Shown here one piece after another: positions 26,214-36,389 of a DNA stretch of 64,000 bases; within the stretch, counting starts at the first letter, position 1, and each line of letters begins with the position of its first letter. A program made the translations under genes and the position numbers. The notes under the pieces are model-generated. The model had not been told where the DNA came from. It did no database searches and saw only the letters and a program-made list of their open reading frames with translations. This DNA comes from a virus (Duplodnaviria > Caudoviricetes). Location: positions 873-64,872 of IMG/VR virus record IMGVR_UViG_3300028563_000021. One strand, written 5' to 3'.

Positions 26214-27857
26214 CTAAACCGAAACGTTGATATTCAATGCCGCTGTAACTGGCATTTGGTTGATAAGCATTTGCAGCGAGGTCGCAGTCATTGCGATGAT
26301 GTTCATCGATTCACTGCCGACGGCTTGTGCATTGGAAATTTTGTAAGTGCCAGTCGATCCGGTCGGTCCTGAAATTTGAGAAACGATTGCCGTACCCGGC
26401 ACAACGCCTGCGCCTGCTATAACTTGCCCCGCAGCGATTGCGCCGCCGGTTGCCGTTACCGTTAATGTCGTGCCGGACGATGAAGCCGTAATGGCAAATG
26501 CTGGCGATGCCGATGATCCCATAGTCAGCGATTCGAGCATTGCCCACGATCCTAGAGTATAAATCCCAGGATAAAATCTACTCGCAAGCATGAGCGTGTC
26601 CATCTGCATGCGCAGGCCGCCATCGTTTCCGGTGAACGCATTGATGATCGAGTTCTGTATTTGCGTGGCGGCATTTGCTGGGACTGACGCGCTATCGAGT
26701 ATCACCACATTGAAATAAATTTCGACGTCGGACGGTGTTTCGTATGAGATCGGGTAGGCAATGCCTGGCGGAGCATATGGATAACTCGAATCATAAACGG
26801 TGACGGTCGTATTCCCGTTCAACCCGCAGCCAGGTGGTTTTTTGTTGAAAATTTGCTGAGCAACGGCGGTCGAAGTGCCGCCTGCCACGCTAACATAGAG
26901 CGAGTTGGGGAGAATTTGCACGCCGCCAAGCTGCAAGGTATTCGTGGCTACCGTCTGGGAAATGCTGACCGTGTAAGGCGAACTCGATCCGGCTGTGATC
27001 GTCGTGCCCGATGTTACGCCTGGTCCGCTGATGATTTGCCCGATGGCGACAGTCCCGGATATCACGGACGAAACCGTGAGCGATGTACCCGAAATTGACC
27101 CGGAAATCACCGCGCTCGGATTCGTTGCGATTGGGTATGCGTTCGGATTGTCTTGCACATATGCGCCGATGACGTTCGGGACGGCGAGTACTTGACCCAA
27201 AACCGCCTGCGATGTGTTCAACGCATTGGCCGCCACGGATTGCCGACGGCGATTTTCGAACTGCGCGCGCGATTCGACGTTGTTGCCCTCTGCGCCGTCG
27301 CTCGCATTATTGATCGAGTCCCATCCATTGATCGTTTGGTAGATCGTCGTCAGGGTGTTGGCTGGGCATGGTATCGGACCCTGCAGATTGTTCGCGAATG
27401 GCAAAACGATGCTGCCGCTCGGCGGGATAGTTCCGGATTGCGTGCACGAGTACAGATTGCCGGATATGTCAACGGCCAACGCGCCGATCGGTATGACGAC
27501 GCCAGGATAGCCGGAGCATGTGCATTGCGCAACCGTGGAAGCTGCCGGGATGCGTGTCAGGAAATAAATGCGCCCGATGGCGTCTTGCATACGTCCAGCG
27601 GCATAAGCCGGATCAACGCCATTGAACAGCGCCAGCAGCAAGTCGTTTGTGTTGCCGATGATTGCCGTTTCAGTGGTCGCCAATTGCATTTGCGGAGGTG
27701 CGACTGTTCCGGTCGATGGCGCACCGGCAGGAAAATTCAACCCACCGCCGAATGCGGTATTGATGTCGGCGATAACTCCCGCTAGGACCGCTGATTGTGC
27801 GGGCGCAATCCAGCCTACCTCCGTTTGAGATATCGACGGTACTGAAGATGTGGTCAT
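26214..27857 (-). CDS. baseplate J-like protein
   Basis: DPAYAAGRMQDAIGRIYFLTR...GWDSINN...ESRAQFENRR. Confidence 0.9.
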   Translation of the reverse strand: MTTSSVPSISQTEVGWIAPAQSAVLAGVIADINTAFGGGLNFPAGAPSTGTVAPPQMQLATTETAIIGNTNDLLLALFNGVDPAYAAGRMQDAIGRIYFLTRIPAASTVAQCTCSGYPGVVIPIGALAVDISGNLYSCTQSGTIPPSGSIVLPFANNLQGPIPCPANTLTTIYQTINGWDSINNASDGAEGNNVESRAQFENRRRQSVAANALNTSQAVLGQVLAVPNVIGAYVQDNPNAYPIATNPSAVISGSISGTSLTVSSVISGTVAIGQIISGPGVTSGTTITAGSSSPYTVSISQTVATNTLQLGGVQILPNSLYVSVAGGTSTAVAQQIFNKKPPGCGLNGNTTVTVYDSSYPYAPPGIAYPISYETPSDVEIYFNVVILDSASVPANAATQIQNSIINAFTGNDGGLRMQMDTLMLASRFYPGIYTLGSWAMLESLTMGSSASPAFAITASSSGTTLTVTATGGAIAAGQVIAGAGVVPGTAIVSQISGPTGSTGTYKISNAQAVGSESMNIIAMTATSLQMLINQMPVTAALNINVSV

Positions 27858-28207
27858 CAGAAATTCGCTATTGAAATATTGCCGGATGAATCGGTTAATT
27901 GCACTTGGCCGCTGACTTGCCCGCTTTTAATCGATGTTAGATAGACGCTCGCACTTTGCACGCCGGGAACGGTCTTTGCTGCATCAATAATGAGCGTTTT
28001 AAGCAAATTCACAGGCGGATTTTTGCCGAGAACTTGCTCGAAATACGGTATTCCGATAGTTGTATCGAACCAATATTCGCCGAGGAACAGGCGGATTGCG
28101 CTTGCGGCATCCTGCGCCAACGAATACGGCGCTTTCGCCATCGCAATATTGCCAGATGCATCGATACACAAATCCCAATTCGTGCGATCAAGTAAAAGGG
28201 TATTCAT
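27857..28207 (-). CDS. baseplate W/gp46-like protein
   Basis: WDL...GNIA...AIRLFLGEYWFDTTIGIPY. Confidence 0.85.
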   Translation of the reverse strand: MNTLLLDRTNWDLCIDASGNIAMAKAPYSLAQDAASAIRLFLGEYWFDTTIGIPYFEQVLGKNPPVNLLKTLIIDAAKTVPGVQSASVYLTSIKSGQVSGQVQLTDSSGNISIANF

Positions 28208-28839
28208 CAGATCGGCACTCCGGTATCGCTGCCGCCCGGCGTAACTCCGCCATGGACATGGCTATCAAGACTGATGCCATTTCCGACAACATCACCTGTC
28301 GCCGTGATCCCGCAATTGACTATCATGCTCGATGCATTCACGGTAAAAGACCCAGGAGTGGTTAATGCGATTCCGGCGCCATCATTCAAAAACTCGAAAA
28401 TTTGCGTCGGCAATCCATTCAAGAATCCGCCAAAATACAATCCATCCGATACGTCAAATTCTCGGCCACTGCCCGGGCTCGATTGCGCTTTTGTCGTGAC
28501 GACATTCGAAATGTCGCTGTCGGCAAATATCGCAATCCCGATGTCGCCAACTTGCGGATCAAGGATGATTGCATTCGCGCCGCCCTGAAGTCTGAAGTAC
28601 GGAATATGGTAGATCGCGCCTTGCGCCATCGCCACGCCAGCGCCAGTGACTTGATTGACGAGCGGCTGAAGATCGACGAAACCAACGGGAGATACGCCGC
28701 CCGCATTCGTCACGCTCGTCACCTTGCACAATGTCGCTGTGCGGATTTTCGAAAGAATTGACAGGATGATGAACCGCAGGGAATTGTATTCCGATCCGAA
28801 CGATGAAAGCGGCTGAGAGCCTGAAGTTGGTTGCGTCAT
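28207..28839 (-). CDS. baseplate spike (gp138/gpV-like)
   Basis: VDLQPLV...PYFRLQGG...P.VGDIG...DIS; C-terminal HVHGGV iron-binding tip. Confidence 0.9.
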   Translation of the reverse strand: MTQPTSGSQPLSSFGSEYNSLRFIILSILSKIRTATLCKVTSVTNAGGVSPVGFVDLQPLVNQVTGAGVAMAQGAIYHIPYFRLQGGANAIILDPQVGDIGIAIFADSDISNVVTTKAQSSPGSGREFDVSDGLYFGGFLNGLPTQIFEFLNDGAGIALTTPGSFTVNASSMIVNCGITATGDVVGNGISLDSHVHGGVTPGGSDTGVPI

Positions 28840-29723
28840 TGCGATCCCAATCCGACAAAATTTTGCGCTTGAATTTCAGTGTCCCATCGGCCCTCTGGAA
28901 GCTCGCTCTCCAAAGTGTGGGCGAGCCCGAATACGGTCCACATACCATTCAAATTCGTTACCTTCAAGCTGCTTTTCACTTGTATTTGCGCGCCCCATTT
29001 AATGTTCGGATTGTAAAGCGTCTTCAGCCCGATCCCGATATTCGAATAGCTTGGGTATCCAATCATTGCCGGGTCTTGGTCGTCTGATACCGTCACAACT
29101 TTTTGGCTTGATCTATTCCCATTTTTCGGAAAAATCACTACAGAATTGTCGTCAATAATCAAGTTGATGTTGGCCGCCTTCGCTAGCGCAATCGCCTGGT
29201 CGCGCGCGGTGCCGTTGAATGTTGATCTGCCTAGCGTCTGCTGCACGCCATTCGGCTCGAAATCAAGATTCATCAGGTTAGCAAGGCTTCCCATAGCCGT
29301 CGCAACGTCGAAGGTGTTGGGATATTCCGTTGATTTAACTGGCGTCAATGCCTGCAAGAGCGCGGTCTGTGCGATGACATTCATCACCGAGTCAGGCTGG
29401 CTATTCAAATCGATCTGAGCGATCGTGATCTGCCCGACGAAAACTATCGGATTAGGTCCGGTCGCCGAATCCCCGGCCATCACTTTTACGGTGTTCTGCT
29501 GGATGTAATTCGTGACCGGATAAATCGATGTCAATTTGTTGTAAATGTCCGGCGTCAACCCCCATATCCTGAGCTGGCATTCGTTCATCGCGGCGCTTGC
29601 CGTCTTCACGATCTTGCAAGATACGCGCAAGCCTTTCACGGTCACTTGATTCGATGATCCGCTGAAAGTATTCGATCCGCCCAGCGTGAAAACCAGATCG
29701 ATCCGCTTTTTCGTGAATGCCAT
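28836..29723 (-). CDS. baseplate hub protein
   Basis: LRIWGL...AGD....FVGQI...MIGYP...LYNPNI...W pattern and synteny. Confidence 0.85.
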   Translation of the reverse strand: MAFTKKRIDLVFTLGGSNTFSGSSNQVTVKGLRVSCKIVKTASAAMNECQLRIWGLTPDIYNKLTSIYPVTNYIQQNTVKVMAGDSATGPNPIVFVGQITIAQIDLNSQPDSVMNVIAQTALLQALTPVKSTEYPNTFDVATAMGSLANLMNLDFEPNGVQQTLGRSTFNGTARDQAIALAKAANINLIIDDNSVVIFPKNGNRSSQKVVTVSDDQDPAMIGYPSYSNIGIGLKTLYNPNIKWGAQIQVKSSLKVTNLNGMWTVFGLAHTLESELPEGRWDTEIQAQNFVGLGSQ

Positions 29724-30037
29724 CAACCAACCCCTATCGGCAAATCAAACGTGTCGAGATAGCAAAATACATAGCGAGTTCCAAGTCCTGGCGACATCGG
29801 GTCGCCCAATCCTTGCGTATCGACAAACGATAGGTCGCCGATGAAACCAAGATACAGGTCGCGCACGATGCGGTTCCTGTCCTGGCAAATTACCCCAGCG
29901 ACGATTAGCGTATTCGATATCAACAAATCACAAAATAGCCCCTGCGAATTTTCGTATAGATTGATCGCGCATTGCTGCCCAGCGAGCGTTACTTGAATCT
30001 GTTGATTCGGCACGTCTTGAATTGGGATGATCTGCAT
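29723..30037 (-). CDS. small baseplate/tail-tip protein
   Basis: IPIQDVPNQ...LAGQQC...GDLSFVDTQG..DP...GLGTRY. Confidence 0.8.
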   Translation of the reverse strand: MQIIPIQDVPNQQIQVTLAGQQCAINLYENSQGLFCDLLISNTLIVAGVICQDRNRIVRDLYLGFIGDLSFVDTQGLGDPMSPGLGTRYVFCYLDTFDLPIGVG

Positions 30038-30039
30038 GA

Positions 30040-31107
30040 TTATTGGAAATAATTTGATGGAACAACTTCGATCAAATCACCCTGTCTACTGTATTTGTTC
30101 AATGTGCCATCTGCGTTTTTAACGTAGACCGGCCCTTTTGTCGGTATCGGATTGCCATTGCCTTGCGTTCCCTCAATTTCCACCGGATTCCCATCGGCAT
30201 CGCGTGGAGTGTTGTCGAATTGTGGCGAGGTACTTTTTACGGCCGGTGTTTCTGTTGCCGTCACGGCAGCGGCCTGCGTTGGCGTTACTTGATCCGGCGG
30301 CGCGACGGACGCTTGCGGAGCCGCCGCGCCAGATTCAAATTGTGCCGAGCTTGTCGGCTGGCCGCCAGTTGTATTTGGAGTATCGGTAACGGGGACGGCC
30401 TGAACTGTTCCGCCATTCACTTGCGCCGCTGCCGCCGTGGTGGCGGTATTCGTCATTGTCGACGCTGGAGCTTCGCGGATTTCAAGCAATGACATTTCTA
30501 CGGTCAACAAAGTTACGCCATTGGTTGACGTCCTTTTGTAATCGTAATGCTCGATTGACATGTCCCGGTATGTAATGTCCGGCGTCACCACGATGTACAA
30601 ATTCGTGCTATTCGCCGCTATCTCAATGTCAGCTAAAAAATTCTGCCTATCCTCGGTCGTGCCTCCCTTGGTCATGCTGATCCGAATATTGAATGGCGTC
30701 TGGACCTTGTTATAGGATTGGAATGCGCCTTGCTCCATCGGATAATTCGGTAACCTCCACGACTGCTGATATTCAAGCGACTTGATCGAATCAGGGGAAA
30801 TTGCTTTATTGAAATCCTGTTGAAAAATTCCCCATTGACCAGGCTGAACAGCCGCATTTTGTACGCCCGACGAATCGCCGGTTAATGCCGTAGGAAGTTC
30901 GCCAAACGCTCCATTTACAAGGTTTGACCCAATCTGCTGGGCGTTGCTGATAATCCCGCTGACGGCCTGTTGCGCGGCCCCAATTGCAATATTCGGCAAA
31001 CTGTTTGCGATACTTCCGACTGACGCCAATTTCTGACGCAGCACAGACGGCACCCCGGCGGCGATCGGCACGTCCGGGAACGATGGAACATTGAACGGAA
31101 GGCTCAT
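30040..31107 (-). CDS. distal tail / tube initiator protein with low-complexity extension
   Basis: YPMEQGAFQSYNKVQTPF...VVTPDITY...LLEIR; follows the tape measure. Confidence 0.8.
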   Translation of the reverse strand: MSLPFNVPSFPDVPIAAGVPSVLRQKLASVGSIANSLPNIAIGAAQQAVSGIISNAQQIGSNLVNGAFGELPTALTGDSSGVQNAAVQPGQWGIFQQDFNKAISPDSIKSLEYQQSWRLPNYPMEQGAFQSYNKVQTPFNIRISMTKGGTTEDRQNFLADIEIAANSTNLYIVVTPDITYRDMSIEHYDYKRTSTNGVTLLTVEMSLLEIREAPASTMTNTATTAAAAQVNGGTVQAVPVTDTPNTTGGQPTSSAQFESGAAAPQASVAPPDQVTPTQAAAVTATETPAVKSTSPQFDNTPRDADGNPVEIEGTQGNGNPIPTKGPVYVKNADGTLNKYSRQGDLIEVVPSNYFQ

Positions 31108-33389
31108 GGGTTCAATCCATTATTTGCATTGGATGCAAGAACATAGGTTTGCATGCTCTGCAAATTAGCACCAAGACCTTGTGCAACGCCCTTGGCATCG
31201 GTCGCCTGGGTGTAGATATTGATCGGCCCGTTGACATTGGTTTCCGCTTGCACGGAGCTATTCGAACTGTGGTTATTCGTCGTCTGGTTCGTCGTGACCG
31301 CCGCCGTCGCTCCGGTGTTCAATCCTCTGTCGATCGGCGGACCAGGGCGCAGCGCGGCGGCGATACCACTTGTGCCGATCGTCGTTGCACCGCCTTGCTC
31401 CGCGATAATCGTCTTTAATTTGCTTCCGTAGTTCGCGTCGGTAGCGTACTTGCCTGTCAGCGCATCAGCGAACGCATTGGGGTCGTCTTTGTGCTTGCGC
31501 GCTTCCGAGTATGCCGACCCGGTCGCAAGCAACTTGGCATGCGCTTCAAATGCGTCTGCGAGCGAATCGAACTTCTTGAATTTTTGCTTGATGCGGACAT
31601 CGACACCGTTCAAATGCTCGGTCGTCATCCCCTCGACATACTGGCCTTTTTCTATTTCCGCTCGCGTGGCCTTGATGCCGAACGGGTTATTGCTCCCCGC
31701 TGGCGTCTTTTTACCGTTATTGCTTTCGAGTTTGTATTGCGCGAGCGTGACGGCGGCCGGGATGCCGTATTTCGCTTCGGCTGCTTTGGCGGCCTCTTGT
31801 GGATCAAGCGATGCCGCCTGAGCCGGTGCATTGGTTGCCTGACTTCCTGCGGCAACGTCGCGATACGAGATGCCATGGGCCGAGCCGCCTTGCGCTGTTG
31901 GGACTTCAGCACTCTTCGGCGCAACGGCTGCCACTTCGCGCGCGGCCTCGGCCTTCAATGCCGATTTATCGATCTTCTCCAGATTGATATTTGACTTGAC
32001 TCGCTTGGCCGCTTCAACTTCTTTCCCTGCTGCTGGCGATTCTGCGCTCTTTTCCTCGCCGCCGATCTTCTTGCCGTTCTTGTCGTAATATTTCAGGCCA
32101 AACGTCTTATCCAGCCATTCTGAAAGCGCATATCCGCCCTTGAACCCGGCAACAAGCGATAACCCGCCAAGCAAAGCTGTGATGCCAGCCGTGGCCGCCG
32201 CGATCGCAGTTCCAACGACGCCAATTCCCGTCGAAAGCCCCAGAAACGAAACGGCTCCGGCCGCCGTCAACGCAGCAGTCAACCCACCGACCGCGATTTC
32301 CGTCTGTTTTATGTGATCGTGCGAATATGCCAGGGTCTTGGTCATGCCCTTTTCAATGCCATCGATTGCCGGAGCCAAGTCGACAAGCATCGAGTCGCCG
32401 ACGCCTTTGACCTGGTTTTTTATTTCATTCCAGGCTTTCGCGAGTTTCAGCGACGATTCAGATGCTTTTGCGGCATCTTTATCGATGTCGCGCGCATGCT
32501 GCAATTCGATGGCAAGTTCGACGTTCCCGGCGTGAAGCGCGCGCGCGATGTTTTCGCCGATGCCGAGCTTAGCCAGCCACAACGCCGAATCCTTCTCGGT
32601 CAATTGTGCGGCAGTTTTCGACAATTCCAGCAAACGCTCTTCCGACGAAATGCGCTGGTCAGCCAATCTCGACCAATCGGCGGAAATGTGCGATCCCGTG
32701 CGGGAATTGATGGCCGCCAATTCGATGGCAAGATCGTTCAGCTTCTGCGTTGCTTCCGGTGCGCCCTTCGACAATGCATCTTGGAACTGATTCATCGACC
32801 GGAAAGCGTCTTCGACTTCGGCGGCGCTGGCCCCGAAATTGGACGCGGTCGTCGTCCATGCATTCAGAGCTTCGGCTGATAGTCCAACAGCGCCAGCGGT
32901 GCGCGCCGCATGTGCGCCGAGTCCAATCAGGCTTTCGCCGAATCCCTTTAGTGCCGACAACCCGACAAATGCGCCGATCAGGCCAAGAACTTCATTTCTG
33001 ACTTTCGAAATGCCTTCGGCGGCTTTCTTGCCTTGATCTTCCTTTTCTTTCGCCGCCTTGGACTCCTGATCGCGCGTCTTCTTCGCGACATCAAGTTTTG
33101 CCGACTGATCTTTCTTGAAGTTGAAGAGTTGGTCTTGCTGCTGACGCTTGAACAGATCGGATTCTGATTTTGCGGCTTGTTGCGATAGCTTGCCGGAAGC
33201 GACCTGCGATTTTACGCGCTTCTCAAAAGCAACCTTAGCATCCTCCTGCCCGCGTTTGAATGCATCGGCCGCGTCCTCGGAATCCTTCTTGATCTTATCG
33301 AATGAATCGGACGCATCTTTCGCGCCTTTCTTCATGCCTGATGCGTCCAGACCGAGCGACACCAACAGGGAATCGATAATAGTTGCCAA
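31104..33389 (-). CDS. tape measure protein with C-terminal GH73 glucosaminidase domain
   Basis: IIDSLLVSLGLD N-terminus, Ala-rich helices, TM segment, AQYKLES...NNPFGIKA...YATDANY. Confidence 0.9.
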   Translation of the reverse strand: MATIIDSLLVSLGLDASGMKKGAKDASDSFDKIKKDSEDAADAFKRGQEDAKVAFEKRVKSQVASGKLSQQAAKSESDLFKRQQQDQLFNFKKDQSAKLDVAKKTRDQESKAAKEKEDQGKKAAEGISKVRNEVLGLIGAFVGLSALKGFGESLIGLGAHAARTAGAVGLSAEALNAWTTTASNFGASAAEVEDAFRSMNQFQDALSKGAPEATQKLNDLAIELAAINSRTGSHISADWSRLADQRISSEERLLELSKTAAQLTEKDSALWLAKLGIGENIARALHAGNVELAIELQHARDIDKDAAKASESSLKLAKAWNEIKNQVKGVGDSMLVDLAPAIDGIEKGMTKTLAYSHDHIKQTEIAVGGLTAALTAAGAVSFLGLSTGIGVVGTAIAAATAGITALLGGLSLVAGFKGGYALSEWLDKTFGLKYYDKNGKKIGGEEKSAESPAAGKEVEAAKRVKSNINLEKIDKSALKAEAAREVAAVAPKSAEVPTAQGGSAHGISYRDVAAGSQATNAPAQAASLDPQEAAKAAEAKYGIPAAVTLAQYKLESNNGKKTPAGSNNPFGIKATRAEIEKGQYVEGMTTEHLNGVDVRIKQKFKKFDSLADAFEAHAKLLATGSAYSEARKHKDDPNAFADALTGKYATDANYGSKLKTIIAEQGGATTIGTSGIAAALRPGPPIDRGLNTGATAAVTTNQTTNNHSSNSSVQAETNVNGPINIYTQATDAKGVAQGLGANLQSMQTYVLASNANNGLNP

Positions 33390-33391
33390 TT

Positions 33392-33640
33392 TCAGTCCTT
33401 GGATTTTTTCGCGGCGTCAGCAGCGAGTTTGCGATTGTGGTTGTCGATGCTGATCACTTCGAGCATGAAATAAACATCTTCAAGCGAGTAGTACGTTTCC
33501 AATTCTTTCAACGTCGCTTTTCCGTGCGACAAAACAGCGCCTATCGACCTCGGAATGTTTGGGTATTCCGCGTATTCTGGTGATTCTTGCCAGCCGCTGT
33601 CGGAGTCGATGTCGAGCGGGCGTCTGGCGTAGAGAAATTT
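33392..33640 (-). CDS. tail assembly chaperone -1 frameshift extension (gpGT-like)
   Basis: Slippery A AAT TTC at 33640-33634; -1 frame open to TGA 33392 encoding ...GKATLKELETYYSLEDVYFMLEV... Confidence 0.75.
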   Translation of the reverse strand, partial: KFLYARRPLDIDSDSGWQESPEYAEYPNIPRSIGAVLSHGKATLKELETYYSLEDVYFMLEVISIDNHNRKLAADAAKKSKD

Positions 33641-34017
33641 ATGTGAAGTTTGAATACGTCGATGCGCAATTTGATAAGCGTTGCCACTTCTTCGATATCG
33701 TTGTCAACAAGGTTGCGCTTGAAATTAGGACTGGATGCATCTGGGATGCATTCGACGCACAAAAGCATTTCATGCAAGAGAGGTTCCGCATCATCGTAAT
33801 TAAGACCGGCGAACGCCTTCATGCCGAGCGCAGCGACACCGGCTAAACCTGAACTTGCAATTTCATCCGCTATCTTGTCACCGGATCGAGCAAGCGCAAG
33901 AAACGCCTTGGTTGCCCAGCGTTCAGCCTGCATGGCTGGCATTTCGGTGATGTGGAAAAGCTTATTTTGATCCCGCCCTTCAGCGGTAATTTTGACGGTC
34001 GCCTCACGGAGTGCCAT
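33541..34017 (-). CDS. tail assembly chaperone (gpG-like)
   Basis: GRDQNKLFHITEMPA.QAE.WA...DIEEVATLIKLR; between tube and tape measure. Confidence 0.85.
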   Translation of the reverse strand: MALREATVKITAEGRDQNKLFHITEMPAMQAERWATKAFLALARSGDKIADEIASSGLAGVAALGMKAFAGLNYDDAEPLLHEMLLCVECIPDASSPNFKRNLVDNDIEEVATLIKLRIDVFKLHINFSTPDARSTSTPTAAGKNHQNTRNTQTFRGR

Positions 34018-34020
34018 TTG

Positions 34021-34106
34021 ATTCCCCTTGAAATTCCCCTTAGTTAATGCATGCGACTTGCATCAAGGGGATTGAACTGCAATGACATTTAAGTCAGTCG
34101 CATGCA
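34021..34106 (-). promoter_or_regulatory. hairpin with anti-Shine-Dalgarno loop upstream of the chaperone gene
   Basis: 11-bp perfect stem 34048-34058/34096-34106; loop TCCCCTTGA complementary to the RBS TCAAGGGGA. Confidence 0.6.
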
Positions 34107-34111
34107 ACCAT

Positions 34112-34543
34112 TTACAGCGGAGCGGTAGTTACCGACTCCCAAACGATCGTGAATTTTCTCGGCTGTACGAGTTTCTTCAAGCTCGGTGCCGGTGATTTCT
34201 TTTTTAGAATGCCGTTGGTATAAACCCACTTGTAGCCAAGTCCCGGCAACTGAATATTCATGCTTGCGGTAGTGATATCATTTTTCTGATCCTCGAATGC
34301 CGACCAGCTATCGAATACCTGGCATGATGGTGAATTCGCCGCCAAAGTAACCGACCAAGGCACTTCCACATAAATCTTCCCGCCGGACAATTTGCCGTCA
34401 ACGCCCATTACGGTCTCTGCCGAATCAATATCTTCCAAGTCAAACACATCGTCTGCGGAAAACTGTTGCAGCTTTTGAGGATTGGAAAATACGCCATTGA
34501 CCGCGAGCATGATCACGGAATTTGCTGCTGTTAAAGTTGCCAT
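34112..34543 (-). CDS. tail tube protein (DUF3277-like)
   Basis: TLTAANS...LQQFSADD...MGVDGKLSGG...L.ANSPS; follows the sheath. Confidence 0.88.
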   Translation of the reverse strand: MATLTAANSVIMLAVNGVFSNPQKLQQFSADDVFDLEDIDSAETVMGVDGKLSGGKIYVEVPWSVTLAANSPSCQVFDSWSAFEDQKNDITTASMNIQLPGLGYKWVYTNGILKKKSPAPSLKKLVQPRKFTIVWESVTTAPL

Positions 34544-34555
34544 GATTTCCTCGTA

Positions 34556-36313
34556 TTAAATGACGTCGATGGACGCGAGATTGATCTGAAGGACGCTGCC
34601 GCCATCTGTGTAGAAAAACTGGATGACCGGCGACCCGCCGCCGCCGCGCACGATCGCGCCAGGGTCAAGCACTTGGAGGTACCAGCCAACCGATTGTAGT
34701 GTCCCGGCGATATTTGCGCCCGCCTGATAGTTGACTTCCGCGATCTGAGCTGGCGACAGGGTGATGCCGGACTGAATCATGCCGAAGGTGATGGCGTTAT
34801 TAATGTCTGTCTGCATCGCCGCTTCAATAAGTGCGTAGCCATCTTGCGCATACGGCACAGCCTTGACGGTCGTCAACAAATCCATCAGAGAAATTTGGAA
34901 ACTACGATTCAGCCAGATTTGATTGAAGTAACGTTCCATCGAGAGAAATTGGCCGCTGATCGATCCAGGATACAAGAACGCCCATTGACTCTCGCCAGAT
35001 GCCGACGTGCAATAGAAGTTGTAGCCATTCGCTTGAAGATTGGCTTTCTGTGTTTCGTTCGTGATCGATGGGCTGAGGCCGCCTTGATATTTGAAGGCAA
35101 AGCTGGTATTGCCGTTTGGCTCAGTGAAATTGATCGACGCCGCAATGCCGCAAGTGAACGATGCGAGATGCAAATCGGACGGCTCGTAAATCGGCGCGGT
35201 GCCGGAATATTGCCCGGCAATCAGGATTTGACCAAGACTCGCTGCCGCATTAGTAGATTGGGTCGGCGTAATATCCGTATCCCATGCGATGTATGCATAT
35301 TGATTATTTTGCAGCGTCGTCCATTCCGCAAATGCGACTTTGTTCGCATTGCCGGACGCATCTGGATTGAACAGCGTCATGAACGATGCAAAATTTGTCG
35401 TGACCGACGTAATGGCATTCATGGCCGCTGCCGGTGTCGCCGCCGCCGCACCTTGAGACAAAATTGATCCAGTTGCTTGCGTCAGTGCCAGCGCGGTAAC
35501 GAATGCGCCAGTCGGGCCGAATGAATCAATTGCGCTTGATGCGAGATTGCCTGGGCTGCCCGCCACGCTGATTGTGTAGGTTCCGGCACCGCCAGTCGTC
35601 CCGGTCAACTGATTGAGAATCGTGCAACCTGACGGCAGGCTGTTTGTGCTATCGGTGCCGGTGACGTAATCGCCGACGTTATAAACGCCGGTGACCGTAC
35701 CGGAAACCGTCAAAACAGTGCCTGACGTAGTGCTTGTGGTCGACGTGCCGGTGCCGCTGACGGCGTAGGAGATTGTCTCGCTGCCGCCGGTTGCAGTTGT
35801 CGTGAAAAGCAAGCCGCCAGATACGCTGTCGTATGTCACGGTGCCTGCGAACGATCCGAATGCCGAATGGATGGCGGCGGCCACGAGCGATGGCGTGCCG
35901 GAAGTGGTCAGGCTGATGTTGCTCGAAGTTTCAATTACGCCGTTGACAGATACCATCAATACGCCGGACAGCGCTTCGAGTTGGGCGGTCGTCAGCGACG
36001 AGATGTTGCCACCGCGCAGATACGCCGGTACCGCAGCCTGATTGTATTGCGCGAACAACAGTGCACCAGGCTTGGCACTTGAGTTGACGTTACCGGCAAA
36101 ATAAATACCGGCCTCGGTAGTTTCTTTTGCGGATGGCCCGAAATAGGACGATACCGCCTTGGCCGATGGAAACGACAGGACGCTTCCAATCGGAACGCGG
36201 CTACCGTTACTGAGGAAAAGACCATTAAGCGCCACAGCGGCCCCGCCAGCGCCGATAGTCTGCGGATTGACATTGACGAATGCGCTTGCGGGTATCGTCG
36301 TGGAAATAGACAT
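34556..36313 (-). CDS. tail sheath protein (DUF3383)
   Basis: IPAS.FVNVNP...V..YFG..A.E...A..YF...GYNFY...VPY...GY..I...FFYTDGGSV. Confidence 0.92.
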   Translation of the reverse strand: MSISTTIPASAFVNVNPQTIGAGGAAVALNGLFLSNGSRVPIGSVLSFPSAKAVSSYFGPSAKETTEAGIYFAGNVNSSAKPGALLFAQYNQAAVPAYLRGGNISSLTTAQLEALSGVLMVSVNGVIETSSNISLTTSGTPSLVAAAIHSAFGSFAGTVTYDSVSGGLLFTTTATGGSETISYAVSGTGTSTTSTTSGTVLTVSGTVTGVYNVGDYVTGTDSTNSLPSGCTILNQLTGTTGGAGTYTISVAGSPGNLASSAIDSFGPTGAFVTALALTQATGSILSQGAAAATPAAAMNAITSVTTNFASFMTLFNPDASGNANKVAFAEWTTLQNNQYAYIAWDTDITPTQSTNAAASLGQILIAGQYSGTAPIYEPSDLHLASFTCGIAASINFTEPNGNTSFAFKYQGGLSPSITNETQKANLQANGYNFYCTSASGESQWAFLYPGSISGQFLSMERYFNQIWLNRSFQISLMDLLTTVKAVPYAQDGYALIEAAMQTDINNAITFGMIQSGITLSPAQIAEVNYQAGANIAGTLQSVGWYLQVLDPGAIVRGGGGSPVIQFFYTDGGSVLQINLASIDVI

Positions 36314-36327
36314 TGTATTGCTCCAAT

Positions 36328-36352
36328 AAAAAAGCCTCCGCATGGAAGGCTT
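36328..36352 (-). terminator. intrinsic terminator-like hairpin before the sheath gene
   Basis: AAGCCTTC-catgc-GGAGGCTT followed by a T run on the minus strand. Confidence 0.5.
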
Positions 36353-36389
36353 ATGGGAAATATCCGCATTACTGCGGCATTCTGTGAAA

